A stretch of DNA of 64,000 bases from Octopus sinensis (Eukaryota): NCBI RefSeq assembly GCF_006345805.1, contig NC_043000.1:147064001-147128000 (forward strand), read 5' to 3'. The notes under the pieces were generated by a model. That model was not told where the DNA came from. It saw only the letters and a list, made by a program, of their open reading frames with translations, and did not search any database. Both the position numbers and the translations under genes were made by a program. Below, in pieces: positions 37,905 through 52,095 of this stretch (its first letter is position 1; each line of letters begins with the position of its first letter).

Positions 37905-38115
37905 TTTTACCGTTTATCTTTTATTTGTTTCAGCCACTGAAATGCAGCCATGCTGGAGCACCACCTTGAAGGGTTTAGTCAAAGAAATTTATCCCGGTAC
38001 TTATCTTTAAAGCCTGGTGCTTCTATCTGTTCTTTCGCCGAACCGCTAAGTTGAGGGGACGTAAACAAACCAATACGAGTAAACAAAACCAAGCGGTGGT
38101 AGTTGACAAACATAT
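37905..38115 (-). mobile_element. Degenerate SINE family A, 3' part
   Basis: gcagccatgctggagcaccacc...gccgaaccgctaag. Confidence 0.6.
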
Positions 38116-38131
38116 ACACATATACACAAAG

Positions 38132-38165
<34 letters not shown>

Positions 38166-38197
38166 GTGTGTGTGTGTGTTTGTGTTTGTGTGTATAT

Positions 38198-38233
<36 letters not shown>

Positions 38234-39439
38234 AAATTACTTGGGAATGGATGCGTGACGTTCAATCATATAATGATATAAATAATATATATGCATATAT
38301 ACATACATATGTGTACATGCTTACATATATATGTATATACATATGCATATAGGGGTACAGGTCGTCATTGAACGTAAACAACATGAAATACGAAAACATG
38401 GGATACGAACTTTTTTGCGAACAAAGAAAGAAACAAATGGAAAACAAGACAAGCTACATAAAGAATGACCCTTCATCAGTTGTCGCTGTTTTTCTACTCC
38501 GTATTTCGAGCAATTCGCGACAAGATACGCCTTCGACAAAACAGTTGCTCCCGCACAGCAAATTAAGTAAAATTTGAGATTTTGCGGAGGGTCAAATTTG
38601 GTAAGAAAAACAGGACAGTGAAAACAAACAGAAAGGGCTGCTATATGGTGAGTGCTCCGTCTTCATATATTATTGCCGTTGTGAACGGCATTTCTGACTT
38701 TCTATCCATGACTTCTCAGATGACTATTCAATCACGTGGCCGGTCTGAATGGTCTGAAGCATAGGTGAAAGACAGAAGTTGTAACTTACTATGCACTTCC
38801 AACTCTTTAAGCCTACATGCATCGCCATTCTTCTGTCGCCATAGACTTACAACAAGTGGAATGACAAAATAGATCATGATAAAGAGAGATTTGCACGTCA
38901 TTGGATTATAGTGATAATCCAATGTACAACATGAGTACCATGCTCCGAATTCATGTGATTAGTACCTAATGAAAAGCCGAAGCGTGATGACCAGTAAACA
39001 TGTGAAAAAGAAGGTTTTACATCAATGTCCCTTTCCAAGAAGTATACTGTGACGAAAGCTAGGTGTCCCTCACTCCCAATGACGTTACTGCGTACCCTGA
39101 AGCCAACTGCAGAGACGTATTTCTACATCTCTGCCCTCAGATGGAATGCCATTACATATACTAATTAAAGCCAAAGCTCGAACACTGATAGGTGCTAACC
39201 ACTCCGGCTCAGCGTAGACCTGTAGTCAATAGTGCACACACACACACACATACATACATATATACATACATACATCATGATAATGATGATAATGATGATG
39301 ATGACGATGATAGCCTCATCTTGTCAGATGATAACCTACTCAGATGGCGAAGCATTTGTACATCATTGCATGTACAGATGTCTCACTTGCACAACACTTT
39401 TACCACCGTCTCGGTAGCTATAGCAAGATGACTGATACT

Positions 39440-39650
39440 ATTTTGAATGCAAGTTTTCTGCCAGAGTATCTTTCTCTTAAAAGATCTGCCTTCCCAATCA
39501 CTTCATCAAAAATAGCGGGGGGCCTCCTCTACCCTGGGAAATCTATTTAGCCCAAAGATTGGATCCTGACAGTAATGGTAATTAAGGGGTGACTCCATGC
39601 TCCCCACAACTCCAAAACTCCTGAACTGGAGCCTTACTACCGGATGTAGT
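39440..39650 (-). mobile_element. SINE-like family D
   Basis: Homologous to 22062-22300. Confidence 0.55.
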
Positions 39651-39654
39651 ACAT

Positions 39655-39940
39655 ATATATATTGAAGAATCAACAGCTACCCTATCCAGATTACAAGTTC
39701 GTGTTTATACCGGTAATTATTGGGGCACTGGGATATGAAACCCACTGCCTAAATACCAGTCTTGAAAAATTAGGTTTCTCACTGTAAAACTTTCCAGAAG
39801 TTTATCATTTAAATATATATGAGCATGTTTGACATGCATGACAATATATACATAAAATAAAACATACAAATCTAGACTTATATATACATACATACATACA
39901 TACATACATACATACATACATACATACATACATACATACA
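39655..39940 (+). pseudogene. 3' end of a second REL-type (R4/Dong-like) LINE family ending in (CATA)n
   Basis: YPDYKFVFIPVIIGALGY..HCLNT.LEKLGF; internal ~65-bp deletion relative to 42520-42780; tail (taca)n. Confidence 0.7.
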
Positions 39941-39949
39941 TGCATACCT

Positions 39950-42780
39950 AATGCACAAAAGGGATAGAGATACGGAAAAAGGTGTAAAATGTGACAACCG
40001 ATACAGGCTTTGTAGATTTCACTCTGGATATATCACCCACATCACAAGCAGTTGTCCGAAAATGTCATCACGGTATTATCTACCGATGAGACATGACGTT
40101 GTAGCTAGGACTCTCTATAATGAGATCTGGTATTCTCCCGCTATCCAAGATCAGTGTCAGACGTATCTGTGTGCGCCCCTCTTGCCAAGAGTGATCATGC
40201 GGTCCTGAAGTTCGTCATGCACACAACTTTTTCTACGCCCACGATTACTTCGCTGCCACGTAGAGTCTTCTCTGCAATTAATCTTGAAATTCTAACCGAG
40301 GCTTCCGCGCTTCTGGACTGGCGATCCCTGATGACGTTGTCCTCAGTTGACGAACTATGGTCATCCCTCAAAGCATATGTAATCTGTTTGACTGACCAGG
40401 CAGTTCCCGTTGGGCTTCCCAAGAGGAAGAAACACAAGCCCTAGGTTACGAAGAAGGTTAAACGAGAACGTCGACTCAGAGATATTGCTTGGGCTGAATT
40501 CAAAAATCTGGATTCGACTGCAGCTTTTGAGGTGTACAAAACTCAACGAGACCGAGCCGTGAAAATTGAAAAGAAAGAACGCTTCAGTTATGAATACAAA
40601 ATCGCGGCAAATGCCAGTAGCAATCCAAAAACCTTCTTTGCCCATGTCCAGCGGAATTCCCGCTTGAACAACCAGATTGCAACGTTGGTAGACTTAACAG
40701 GCGTATCGATTGAGGACCCTTATCAACAGAGTCAATTATTTGCCGAGGCTTTTTCAACTATTTTCAAACAAGATGATGGTCGTGAACCCCCTCCATTTGA
40801 TAGATCGGTACCTCCAATGCTTCGATTGGTCATCACGCGGGACGAAGTCAAACGTGTTATTCAAGGCCTCGATGTCAACAAGGGTCACGGCCCTGACGGC
40901 ATACACACACGGGTTATCAAAGCGTTGGCTCCGTCATCTGCGAGCCCTTAACACGACTATTCAATATGTCATTGGCGACGGGTGTTATACCTGCAGACTG
41001 GAGAACAGCGATAATCTGCCCAATTTTCAAGAAAGGGAGCCGCGAAGACCCGCTTAACTACCGACCGGTTTCCCTTACATCAATAATCAGCAAGATGTTC
41101 GAAACCATCCTTAAGAAAAGTATGATGCTCCACCTCCTAAACACAGCCTCGATCACTGATTCCCAACACGGCTTAGTGCCGAAGAGATCATGCTTGACCA
41201 ACTTACTAGTAATGGAAGAATTGGTGACGCGCATCCTCGATGATAGTGATGCTGTTGACATCGTTTTATTGGACTTTGCCAAAGCTTTTGACTCGGTAAA
41301 CCACCGCCTACTACTTGTCAAGCTTCAAGCATATAGTTTCCATCCGGATATTGTACGATGGGTTGGTGCCTTCCTCTCAGATCGCTCCTTCCAAGTTCAA
41401 GTTAATGGTTCGCGGTCCGACGTCTCCAGTGCGAGCAGTGGCGTGCCTCAAGGTTCAGTGCTTGGGCCCTTGTTGTTCTTAGTCTTCATGACTTGCCCGA
41501 CGACCTCACGCAACACACCCTTCTATTTGCCGACGATATCAAACTGGTCGCTCCTCGCGGTAGTATAGAGGATCTTCGTCGATGCCTCCACCAAATTTGG
41601 AAGTGGTCTAACGATTGTGACCTGTGTCTGAACGTGTCAAAGTGCTGTCATCTGCCTGTCGGCTCTACTCCTGCAACTCAACTTGATTTCGAGCCGGGTC
41701 GTCTGCTGCTGGAGAGGACCGATCAGGTAAAGGACCTGGGTATCTTGGTGGATTCCTCCTTTTCGCCTTCGGCCCAGTGCGTCCATGCTGCCACAAAGCG
41801 CGCGGAATTCTGTTTTTGATTCGACGGTCATTCGGAATGCTCACAGCAGCCATATTCCTACCACTCTATGTCACGCTGGTGAGACCCATATTGGAGTATG
41901 GGATTCAAGCCTCTTCTCCTTATCTCCTCAAAGACATACAGCATCTCGAAAGAGTCCAGAAGCTGGCTACCCGCATGGTTCATGGTCTCAAAAATTTGTC
42001 CTACGAAGAAAGGCTGAGGACGCTCGACCTTTACTCTCTTGAAAAACGCCGCCGCCGTGGTGATCTCATTCTCGCCCACAACATCATAAGCGGGAAGTGT
42101 AACCTCTCGAAAGAGCTGTTCTTCACTCCTGCTCCAGAGCGTCGGCTGCGGGGTCATTCCGAAAAGCTCTACCTGCGACGATTTCATCTCAATCGAAGGA
42201 GAGGAGCTTTCTCCGTCCGGGTTGCGGATCCGTGGAACAAGCTGCCAGACGAGATGGTGAAGATGCCGACGACCGCTTTGTTCAAAGCCTCCCTGGACCT
42301 CAAGTGGCCTGAACTCTTTACATGGACACCACCCTGTACTTAACTCCATGTCCCCCTACATGGCCTTGCTATTTGCTTTTGAGCCAAATTAACTAACTAA
42401 CTAACTAACTAACTAACTGTCGGAAGGATAATCCCGAGGACAAAGAAATATGAACCCACAATATGGTAGAAGCCATTGCCACTCATAAGGAAAAGAAATA
42501 ATAATGGAATGTACCAGTGATGCTTTATACCTGTAATTATTGGGGCCCTGAGATATGTAACACACTGCCTAAATACCAATCTTGAGAAATTAGGCTTCTC
42601 AAAACCAGAAAAAAGAAAGCTAATTCGAAGACTACAGATCCAATCCATCACTGGAACGTTAGAAAACTGTCAAACTTTCCAGAAGTTTATCATTTAAATA
42701 TATATGAGCATGTCTAGATATGCAACTATATGCATGAGAATACATTCATAAAACAAACAAATATGTACATACATACATAC
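39950..42780 (+). mobile_element. 5'-truncated copy of the (CATA)n-tailed REL LINE (39950-40128 plus 42419-42780), split by the CR1 insertion
   Basis: Left part HITSSCPKMSSRYYLPMRHDVVARTLYNEI continues in frame as CRKDNPED... after the CR1 tail; ends CQTFQKFII* and (cata)n. Confidence 0.75.
40129..42418 (+). mobile_element. Young 5'-truncated CR1-clade LINE: end of APE domain, RT, 3' UTR and (TAAC)n tail
   Basis: ORF pieces 40154-40444 (LAKSDH), 40532-40951 (NPKTFF..V, G.DG.H), 40966-41568 (NYRPVSLTS, LDFAKAFDSV.H, SGVPQGSVLGPLLF), 41493-41819 (FADDIK) and 41777-42343 (LVRPILEYG, RRRGDLI). One stop and about three frameshifts. Tail at 42388-42418. Confidence 0.93.
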
Positions 42781-42983
42781 ATAAAAACAAACAAAATACC
42801 GTTGTTGATGTTGAAATTCCAAAGAAGGAACCTTGCATCTATGTTAGAAACCGGTTCTTTCTCTATTGGCAAGAAATCTTGAAATAAACTGAATACAGAC
42901 ATACATACATACATAAATAAATACATACGCACATAATAATACATCCATACATACATATATACAGACATACAGACATACACAAC

Positions 42984-43213
42984 CGGCAAGCTGGCAGAAA
43001 CGTTTGCACGCCGGGCGAAATGCGTAGCCGTATCTCGTCTGCCGTTACGTTCTGGGTTCAAATTCCGCTGAGGTCGACTTAACCTTTCATCCTTTCGGGG
43101 TCGATTAAATTAAGTACCAGTTACGCACTGGGGTCGATGTAATAGACTTAATCCGTTTATCTGTCCTTGTTTGTCCCCCTCTGTGTTTAGTTCCTTGTGG
43201 GTAGTAAAGAAAT
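42984..43213 (+). mobile_element. SINE family B monomer between (CATA)n tracts
   Basis: ccggcaagctggcagaaacg head; ...gggtagtaaagaaatacatac tail. Confidence 0.85.
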
Positions 43214-43271
43214 ACATACATACATACATACATACATACATACAGACAGACAGACAGACAGACAGACATAC

Positions 43272-43620
43272 ACAACCGGTCAGATATCGTTCTGTGAAAC
43301 CACAAAGAAAATATATGGTCTGTTGTGGAAATCAGCTGCCTCCTGGGCACAAATATGGTTAGAAAAATACAAGAGACAGAGGAAATCTATGGACAACTGA
43401 TGAGTAGTTAACAAACCCAGTACCCAAGATGCACTTTTAGCTTCATATCCATTATTATTGGAGCAACAAGATACATACTAACCCGACTGAAGCAAAGTAT
43501 GGCTGAACTTGGTTTCTTGGGAAAAGAATGCAAATCCTTAATTCATAAGCTACGAATGATCATGATATCTGGGGGCTATAAAAATCTGCAAGACCTTCTT
43601 ATAATTTAAAGGATGAGGGT
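43272..43620 (+). pseudogene. Decayed REL endonuclease fragment of a related LINE
   Basis: DIVL*NHKE...VVEISC...YPRCTFSFISIIIGA...ELGF; begins immediately after (CATA/CAGA)n. Confidence 0.55.
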
Positions 43621-43689
43621 TAAAAAAAGATACTTTTCTTCACAACTTTGCTATCAAGTAGGTGGCCAGTCAAGATTTAGTCTACATCA

Positions 43690-44040
43690 AAAAGAGAAAG
43701 AGAAGACGTATATTGTTCAGTCATCAATTACTTGCGAACAACAATAGCTTCGTTGAATGTACCATACTTCCGTTAATTCTTTTAGGTGCCTCTGTAGCCA
43801 CGAACCGAGACAAATACTGCCTCAGTCTTCCTACCCTTAACCAATTGGAACATTCAGGATATGACTGCTGGATGGAGAGAAGGCTGTACTAGCGCTAGGC
43901 TGCCTCATCTCCAATTACATTTGCTGGAACAATGCAAAACAAAGCGCTTTGCTCAACGTGCCGCCTTTTTCTGGGAATCGAACCTTCAACCTTACGATAG
44001 TGTGCGTAACAGCCTAACCACTGGGCTACGTGCCTTTACC
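43690..44040 (-). mobile_element. Degenerate tRNA-headed SINE
   Basis: Minus head aaggcacgtagcccagtggttaggctg...ggttcgattcccag. Confidence 0.5.
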
Positions 44041-44099
44041 ATTCATACATAGATTCATTCATAGAACATTCATTAATACATACATAATGCATTCAGATA

Positions 44100-45290
<1,191 letters not shown>

Positions 45291-45439
45291 TGGCAACTTC
45301 ACTGTCGCTATAGCAGTTGTCGCAATTGTTTTGTGTTGCTTCTACACACACAAAACATCTTTTGAAACCAATCCTGTTTCTACTTGTCATAACTGTTTTG
45401 TTTTTCTGTGTGGTTTTTTTTTTCTTTATGTTTTGTTTG

Positions 45440-45830
45440 ATTTCCTAACGTAAGTTGGATTTTGTCGTATATACTTTATTCTTATTTTCTAACGTTAGCT
45501 AAATTTTGCCGTTATATATTATTTTAAATATATTTCTTGACGTAACTTAGCTTTTATCATATGTATTTACTGTTATTTTCTTAAATTAGATTTTGTCATA
45601 TATATTTGTTGCTATTTTCTAACGTAATTTAGATCTGTTGTATTTATTTTAGCTATTTCTTAACGTAAGTTAGCTTTCGTTGTATATATTTTCTCTTACT
45701 TTCTGACGTAAATTGGATTTTGTCGCATTTAATTACAGTTATTTTCTAACGTATGTGAGATTTTGTCGTACTTGCTGTTTTATTTACTAATGTGAATTAG
45801 ATTTTGCCTTTATTTACTCTTCCGTCGAAA
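45440..45830. repeat. Degenerate ~43-bp minisatellite, about 9 units
   Basis: ttct(a/g)acgta..t(a/g)gattttg recurs with 41-48 bp spacing (45447, 45491, 45539, 45621, 45662, 45705, 45748, 45789). Confidence 0.75.
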
Positions 45831-45904
45831 ACAAAGATGTCGTCGTCGTCATTGATGTTGTTGTTGTTACTGTTCTTCTTCTTCTTCTTGTCGTCATTTT
45901 CATT

Positions 45905-45937
<33 letters not shown>

Positions 45938-46484
45938 TCTGTTGTTTTCGTCGTCGTCGACGTCATCATCGTTGTTATAATGACAATAATTGCTCCTATA
46001 ACCGCATTTCTACCGACATTGTGGCCATTAGGGCAACAGCAATAACAAGACCTATATAGAAAATAATAGCAATATGAACAAGAACAATAACAACTAGAAT
46101 TTGGAATGACTGCAACACGCTGTCAACAATAGTGATAGTAACCACAACGAGGAAATCACACAACAATGGCCACGAAGGAGTTACTTTTTCTGCATTGTAA
46201 ATTGAAGAATCCATATGGAACTCGTTATCATGAAGCAATAATATGGAAACTATACGGTTTTACATCAGCTGTTGGGTGGTTATAATCATAATGGTTATAA
46301 CACTACATCAAAATAAACAAGAATATTAGGAATAAATATGTATGTATTGGTTTTGAGTTTCATTTTAACAGTGCATATGGGGATTTATCGGTTGGCAAAA
46401 TCAGCAAAGATCAGCGAATAATTTGTTCACTGATATTATAAATACGGCCATCGGATCTTGTTAGATTTATCGGTCTTGGCTTGC

Positions 46485-46530
46485 TTCTGACTGAAGAGAC
46501 AGAATATGTTGAAACACCGGTGTCCGAGAA
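46485..46530 (+). ncRNA. Decayed hammerhead-like motif of Penelope type
   Basis: CTGAAGA - GAC agaatat GTT - GAA - ACAC CG GTGT (palindrome) - C; stem I only partly paired (ttct/agaa). Confidence 0.4.
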
Positions 46531-47684
46531 TCCATCCTACGAATGAACCTAGTGTGTTTATCGTCGTAAAGAAGCTGTTTTCTTGTGATGAACACAACAG
46601 CGATTAGCATATTCGCGTTCGAATATGCTGGAACGCATTAAGAATAAATATGCCGGTCATCATTTTGAATCTCATTGTTCACTGCGCATATGACAATTTA
46701 TTAAAAGTATTACAATTATATACATATTTAGCTTAAGAGAGGCTCTGAAAACATAATAAGCGGCTTGAGGTGAGACATGAACTATTTTAGAACAGTTAAG
46801 TTATTTTGATTAGTAAATAAAACAGACATGGAACACCACATGGGTTTGTGGGTTCAGAAGCTTCAGCCTGATGCCTACTTTGAGATAGAAAATAGATTCT
46901 GAAGCTGAACGTTTGGTTTATTCGTGGCCTATACCTCGCCAGCATAGTTAAACATGAAGGCGGTTGGTGAGGTTTAAAATATCTTTCAAGTTTATGGCAA
47001 TGGCAAAAACAAAACAGTCGGATACTGTTCCAGGCCGAGATATGTGCAACAAAATTGTTGAAAGCTGGAATCCAGGTGTTTCATATGTTGTTATAGCTGT
47101 AACCTGAAAGTCTTCGATAGTAAAAAAAAGCAACAATAATTAACTATAAAGCAAGGAACTATTGTTAGCATTTACAAAATAGAACAGGATAATTTTCTAT
47201 ATGGTGTTATTTAAATATGCATGGTCGGATAATTCTGCATCAGGATCATTCACTTATTTATCTGTACTTATTCGATCCAGATAAAAGTATTCAACATACA
47301 AGCTTTTGATCCTTCGTTCGAACTGGATAGATTTGGAAGTATTGTTGTATCGGAGAGGCCGAACCAGATTTCTCGACTGATGGATAGCAAGCTGAGGGCC
47401 TTGAATAAGTTGCATATCAAGATATTATTTAAACCTAGTGGCTTGACTTCTTGAATCAGCTAATATAATTATTGCACGGATAAGCCAGGAGGTAACCTTT
47501 TCACTAGCGAACTAGAACTAGCGAAACGCTGGAGAATATCTTACACCAAACATCTAATAATGTGTGGAATTAATGAATAAAAGGGGCATGTGTAAATGAC
47601 GAATTAAGCTGCACAAAGCAATATTTGGTCAATATTTCCTTTGATACTTATAATATTTGCCTCTTCTATGAATACTTACCAATA

Positions 47685-48621
47685 CGAGGTGGTGTCAAAA
47701 GTTCCAGGAATAATTATGTGTCATAAAAAATAACTTATTTACCTAAAGTTTAACATCATCTATTTCAAGATAGTCACTTTGCACAGCAATACACCGGTCT
47801 CAGCGTTCCTGCTACTTTTGGATTCTGGCTTGGAAGTCACCTTGCATAACAATACACCGGTCCCACTATTCTTTACACTTTTGGAATCAGGTCTGGAAGT
47901 CGTTTTCCGTAAGCGAGTCGAGGACCTCCTGCGATTCGCTCTACATCTCGACAACGGAGATAAAACGGCAACCTTCATTTTTATTTTGGAAAAGAGATGG
48001 AAGTCCGCAGGTGCTAAATCTGGCGAATAGGGTTGGTGCGGAAGCGATACAATGTTCTTTTTGGCGAAAAATTGATGAGTGAGGAGAGCTCGGTGACAGA
48101 ATGCATTGTCGTCGGGGAAGAATCCAATTCTTCGCGCTCCACACATTCGGTCGCTTTCACCGAATGCCCTCCTTCAAATGCTTTAAAACGATGCAGTAGA
48201 ACTCTCGATTGACGGCCTGGCCCTGGGGGCAAATTCTCGATGCACAATACCGCGAACGTCGAAAACAACGATGAGCATGCTCTTGATTGAGCTGCGGCTC
48301 TGTCGTGCTGCTTTTGAAGCACCTGTGCCACTCGAAACATTGTATACGACTGCCCCGTCACTGTAAGCTTGCCAAATCCCTGCTCAATATCCCTGAAGCA
48401 GACTTCCCAAGTTTAACGCAAAATTTCCAGCTTCCTGTCCATGACAAAAATACACATGATGACAAAAACACAAATTTCACAACTTCCGAAGTAAACACAG
48501 CAATGTCACTCACACACTGCCTCATGAAGGTCGCTGCTACTTCTCACGGCGCTCACAACCGTGTGCTGCCATCTGTTGGCAGGCTACAGAACTAGTTCGG
48601 AGACTTTTTGATATCGCCTCG
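47685..48621 (-). mobile_element. Internally deleted mariner (DD34D-type) element with both TIRs
   Basis: TIRs cgaggtggtgtcaaaagtt / actttttgatatcgcctcg, TA on the left. Minus strand KFCVKLGKSA, KSMLIVVFDVRGIVHREF, DNA..H and PYSPDLAPADFHLF. The HTH region is joined directly to the catalytic region. Confidence 0.88.
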
Positions 48622-48744
48622 TGTCTGTGATTTTTGCAGCATAGACTTGCATTGGAGACGCCACATCTCCAGAAATTCTTTGACGATGAGGAATTTGTTC
48701 GTCTTTGATCAGATAAGCTCAACTAAAACATAGTAGTACGGGTA

Positions 48745-48965
48745 TACTCGAGAGTGCTGAAAAGCTCCTGGTTTTAAGGGCATCGCGAAAGGCCTTGCTG
48801 CAGACCCCACTTTCAGAGTTCTTTTATAGGGTTTAGAAAACTGAAGGACAGTTGCAACAAGTGTGTGAATCTGAGAGGGTTAATATGTTGAATAAAATAA
48901 TAATTAACTAATCCCCACTGTATTTTGTTTTATCAAAGCATGGAACTTCGTAGCAGCCCCTCATA
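48745..48965. mobile_element. Mariner-derived MITE
   Basis: Degenerate TIRs gtgctgaaaagctcctggtttt / aaagcatggaacttcgtagcagcccctcata. Confidence 0.5.
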
Positions 48966-49575
48966 ACCGAAAATGGCATATGGTATTTGAAGTATTATTC
49001 TTAAGTGCTTACTGCCTTTTGGATTCTCTAAGACTTATTTCAAAGAAAATGGAAATTATTTTCTTTAAATATTCACAAAATGTTCTTTTCTATTGACAAA
49101 GAGAGGGAAGATTATGCAACATTCGTAATGTTTGATGAGAAGCGTGAGAAGTAGAATGAAATTGTCAAAAGATAAAATTAGAAACCGAAGCTAGAATTTG
49201 GTATGATGAGAATTTTCCTCTATATTTCTGTGCAAACATTATTGGCAACCAATACCATATAAACTCGGACCACTGACACCAATACCATTTACCAGAACCT
49301 CGCCACGCCACTACAAATACCTTTCATTAAATCACCACCACTTCCACCATTACTAATACTACCACTACTACTACTACTACTACTGCTACTACTACTACTA
49401 CTACTAAAAATAAAAATAACACTAACAACACGATTGAGTCTTCTCTTCAACAAACCGTTTTTGCTTTGGTTTTTACTTTGATACGTCATTTTATTTTATC
49501 GAAATTGCTTTTACAATCAACTGCAATGTTGCTATAACTATTGTTCTCGATATTATTCCTACATACGCAGACAGA

Positions 49576-49654
<79 letters not shown>

Positions 49655-50269
49655 GGTATTATGTCTGTGCGTGCGAGCATGTGTGTACACGTGCGCCTGC
49701 TCATATGTGTATACAGAATAAAAGAGAGAGAGAGAGAAGGATAAGAAGTAAGGAAGAGAGAAAGAGAATGATAATCAACATGAACAGTAAAGGTTCTACA
49801 ATAAAAGCTACAAAATAAATTCAACAAAAACAAACAGTAAAATAAAATAAATAATTTTTTTTCCAAAAATTAAGCGAAAATAAATTATACAAATAAATTA
49901 CTCCACCAAGCTAGCTTTGACCTTTACAGTTCCAATCTTGCAATGAACCTAATCACACACTACCTTAAGAAGGAGAAGCATCAATAAGATATCAAAAGAG
50001 ACCGAGAAAGCTTGATAACGTGATTGGGGCATTTTTTTTAATTCGCTTTTTTTAGACAGATTTTAAACTAGAAATCTAACACAGCCAGTGTTGTTTGAAA
50101 TTTGCATCTTAAATTCAAATGTTAAACGTTCTGCGTGTATGTGAGCATGTGTGCATGCATGCGGTGATGTGTAAGTACACTATGTATTGTTTATAACAGC
50201 GAGCAAAAGAACAAAAATAAAACGTGAGCAACAAATGTGTATATATGTCAATAATATATGTATTTTATA

Positions 50270-50369
50270 TATGTATTATATATGTATATAATATATATAT
50301 ATATATACTTACATACATATGTATGTATGTGTGAGTGTGTTTGTGTCTGTACGTATTGTATATCTATAT

Positions 50370-50417
<48 letters not shown>

Positions 50418-50603
50418 TATGTATGTATGTATATGTGCATTATATGTACGTATGTTATATGTTTGCGTGTGCTTGTGTTTGTGTGAACGTATGCGTGTGT
50501 GTATATGTATTTCTATATATATATACACATATACACATGTATATGTGTGTATATGTATTTCTATATATATATACACATATAACATGTATATAATTATGTG
50601 TAT

Positions 50604-50647
<44 letters not shown>

Positions 50648-51383
50648 CATATATAAGGTTAATGATATATACAGATAATATACGCACGCACATGCACAAC
50701 ACACAACACACAACACACATATAGGTAAATATATTTGTATGTATATATACTTGTATTATATATATTTGTATGCATATATATGTATGTAGTACACTTATAT
50801 GCATATGCATCAGTAACTATAATGCGCATGAATATATGCATATATATACACACGTGTGTGCGTCTGTGTGTGTTTGTGTGTATGTTTATTCATGTATGTA
50901 CACATGAATGCAGTCATGTCTGCGTTCATTTGTATGCTGAAGTATGTACAAACATTCAGGTACGATTGTTTGTGTAGATGTATGCGGCTATGCATACATA
51001 TGCATACGAGCTATAAACCTCGGTGTCATAATCATTGAACAAACTAATCTTTGAAGACAAGGTAAATATATCATTATTGAATATGTGTAGCTACGTTTTT
51101 TTTGCGCAAAGCAAATATTAGTGCGAACACGCAGAATGGGTAAGCATAAGGTATGTATGCGATTATGCACACATGCCAATGTGTGTGTGTGTGTGGCAAT
51201 CTTTTGTGTTTGTATGACTAGTTTAGCATACATTTGCACAATTATTTTTAAAGGTGTGCTTCATGAAACACTGTGATCTTTATAACTATAATTATGAGGA
51301 CAGATCTACTAGTCTCGCTTGCTTTCATATTAACATATTATATATGCGTGTTTCAATGGACGCCTATGTACGCTTATATATGC

Positions 51384-51430
<47 letters not shown>

Positions 51431-52061
51431 TACTCTGACACACATATTCATGCATGGATAAATATACATACATATATGTGTATAGATATAAACAAAAATA
51501 TGTTCATGCATATGCATGTTCTTGGGGGGTGGGGTCTATTCAAACGCCGACCATACAAATCTGTAGGTACATTTATAAATGTAAGTGAATGTGTGTCTGT
51601 GTGTGCTTGTTTGTGCGTATGTTATGTATTTATTAAGATCTAGATAGAATTGATGCACATATAAGAATATATACATACATATTTGGTTTCATATGTGGAA
51701 AAACTAGATATATACATTATGTATGTGTACATGTATGTATAAATGTGTGTGTGTCTGCGTGTGTGCCTTTGTAGATGTTTATGTATGCAGGTGTATTTGT
51801 GCATATACACATATAAACGTAGGTACATTTATACGCACACACCAATAACCAAACATACATTCATATATGTATACATCAATATATATATATATACATAAAT
51901 ATTCATAGCTGTATATACATGTTTGTAATATATCTATAGGTGCGTACATATATGTGCGTATACATGTATGTATGTGTGTGTGTGCATGTATGTATGTATA
52001 TATATACATACATACGTGAGTGTATATGTATTTACATATTGTATCTAAATATTTATATATC

Positions 52062-52095
<34 letters not shown>

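Noticed and set aside
46860-46905. gcttcag…ctgaagc stem enclosing CTGATGC…AAAA
   Set aside because: Two essential core positions differ and stem III is absent; likely chance.
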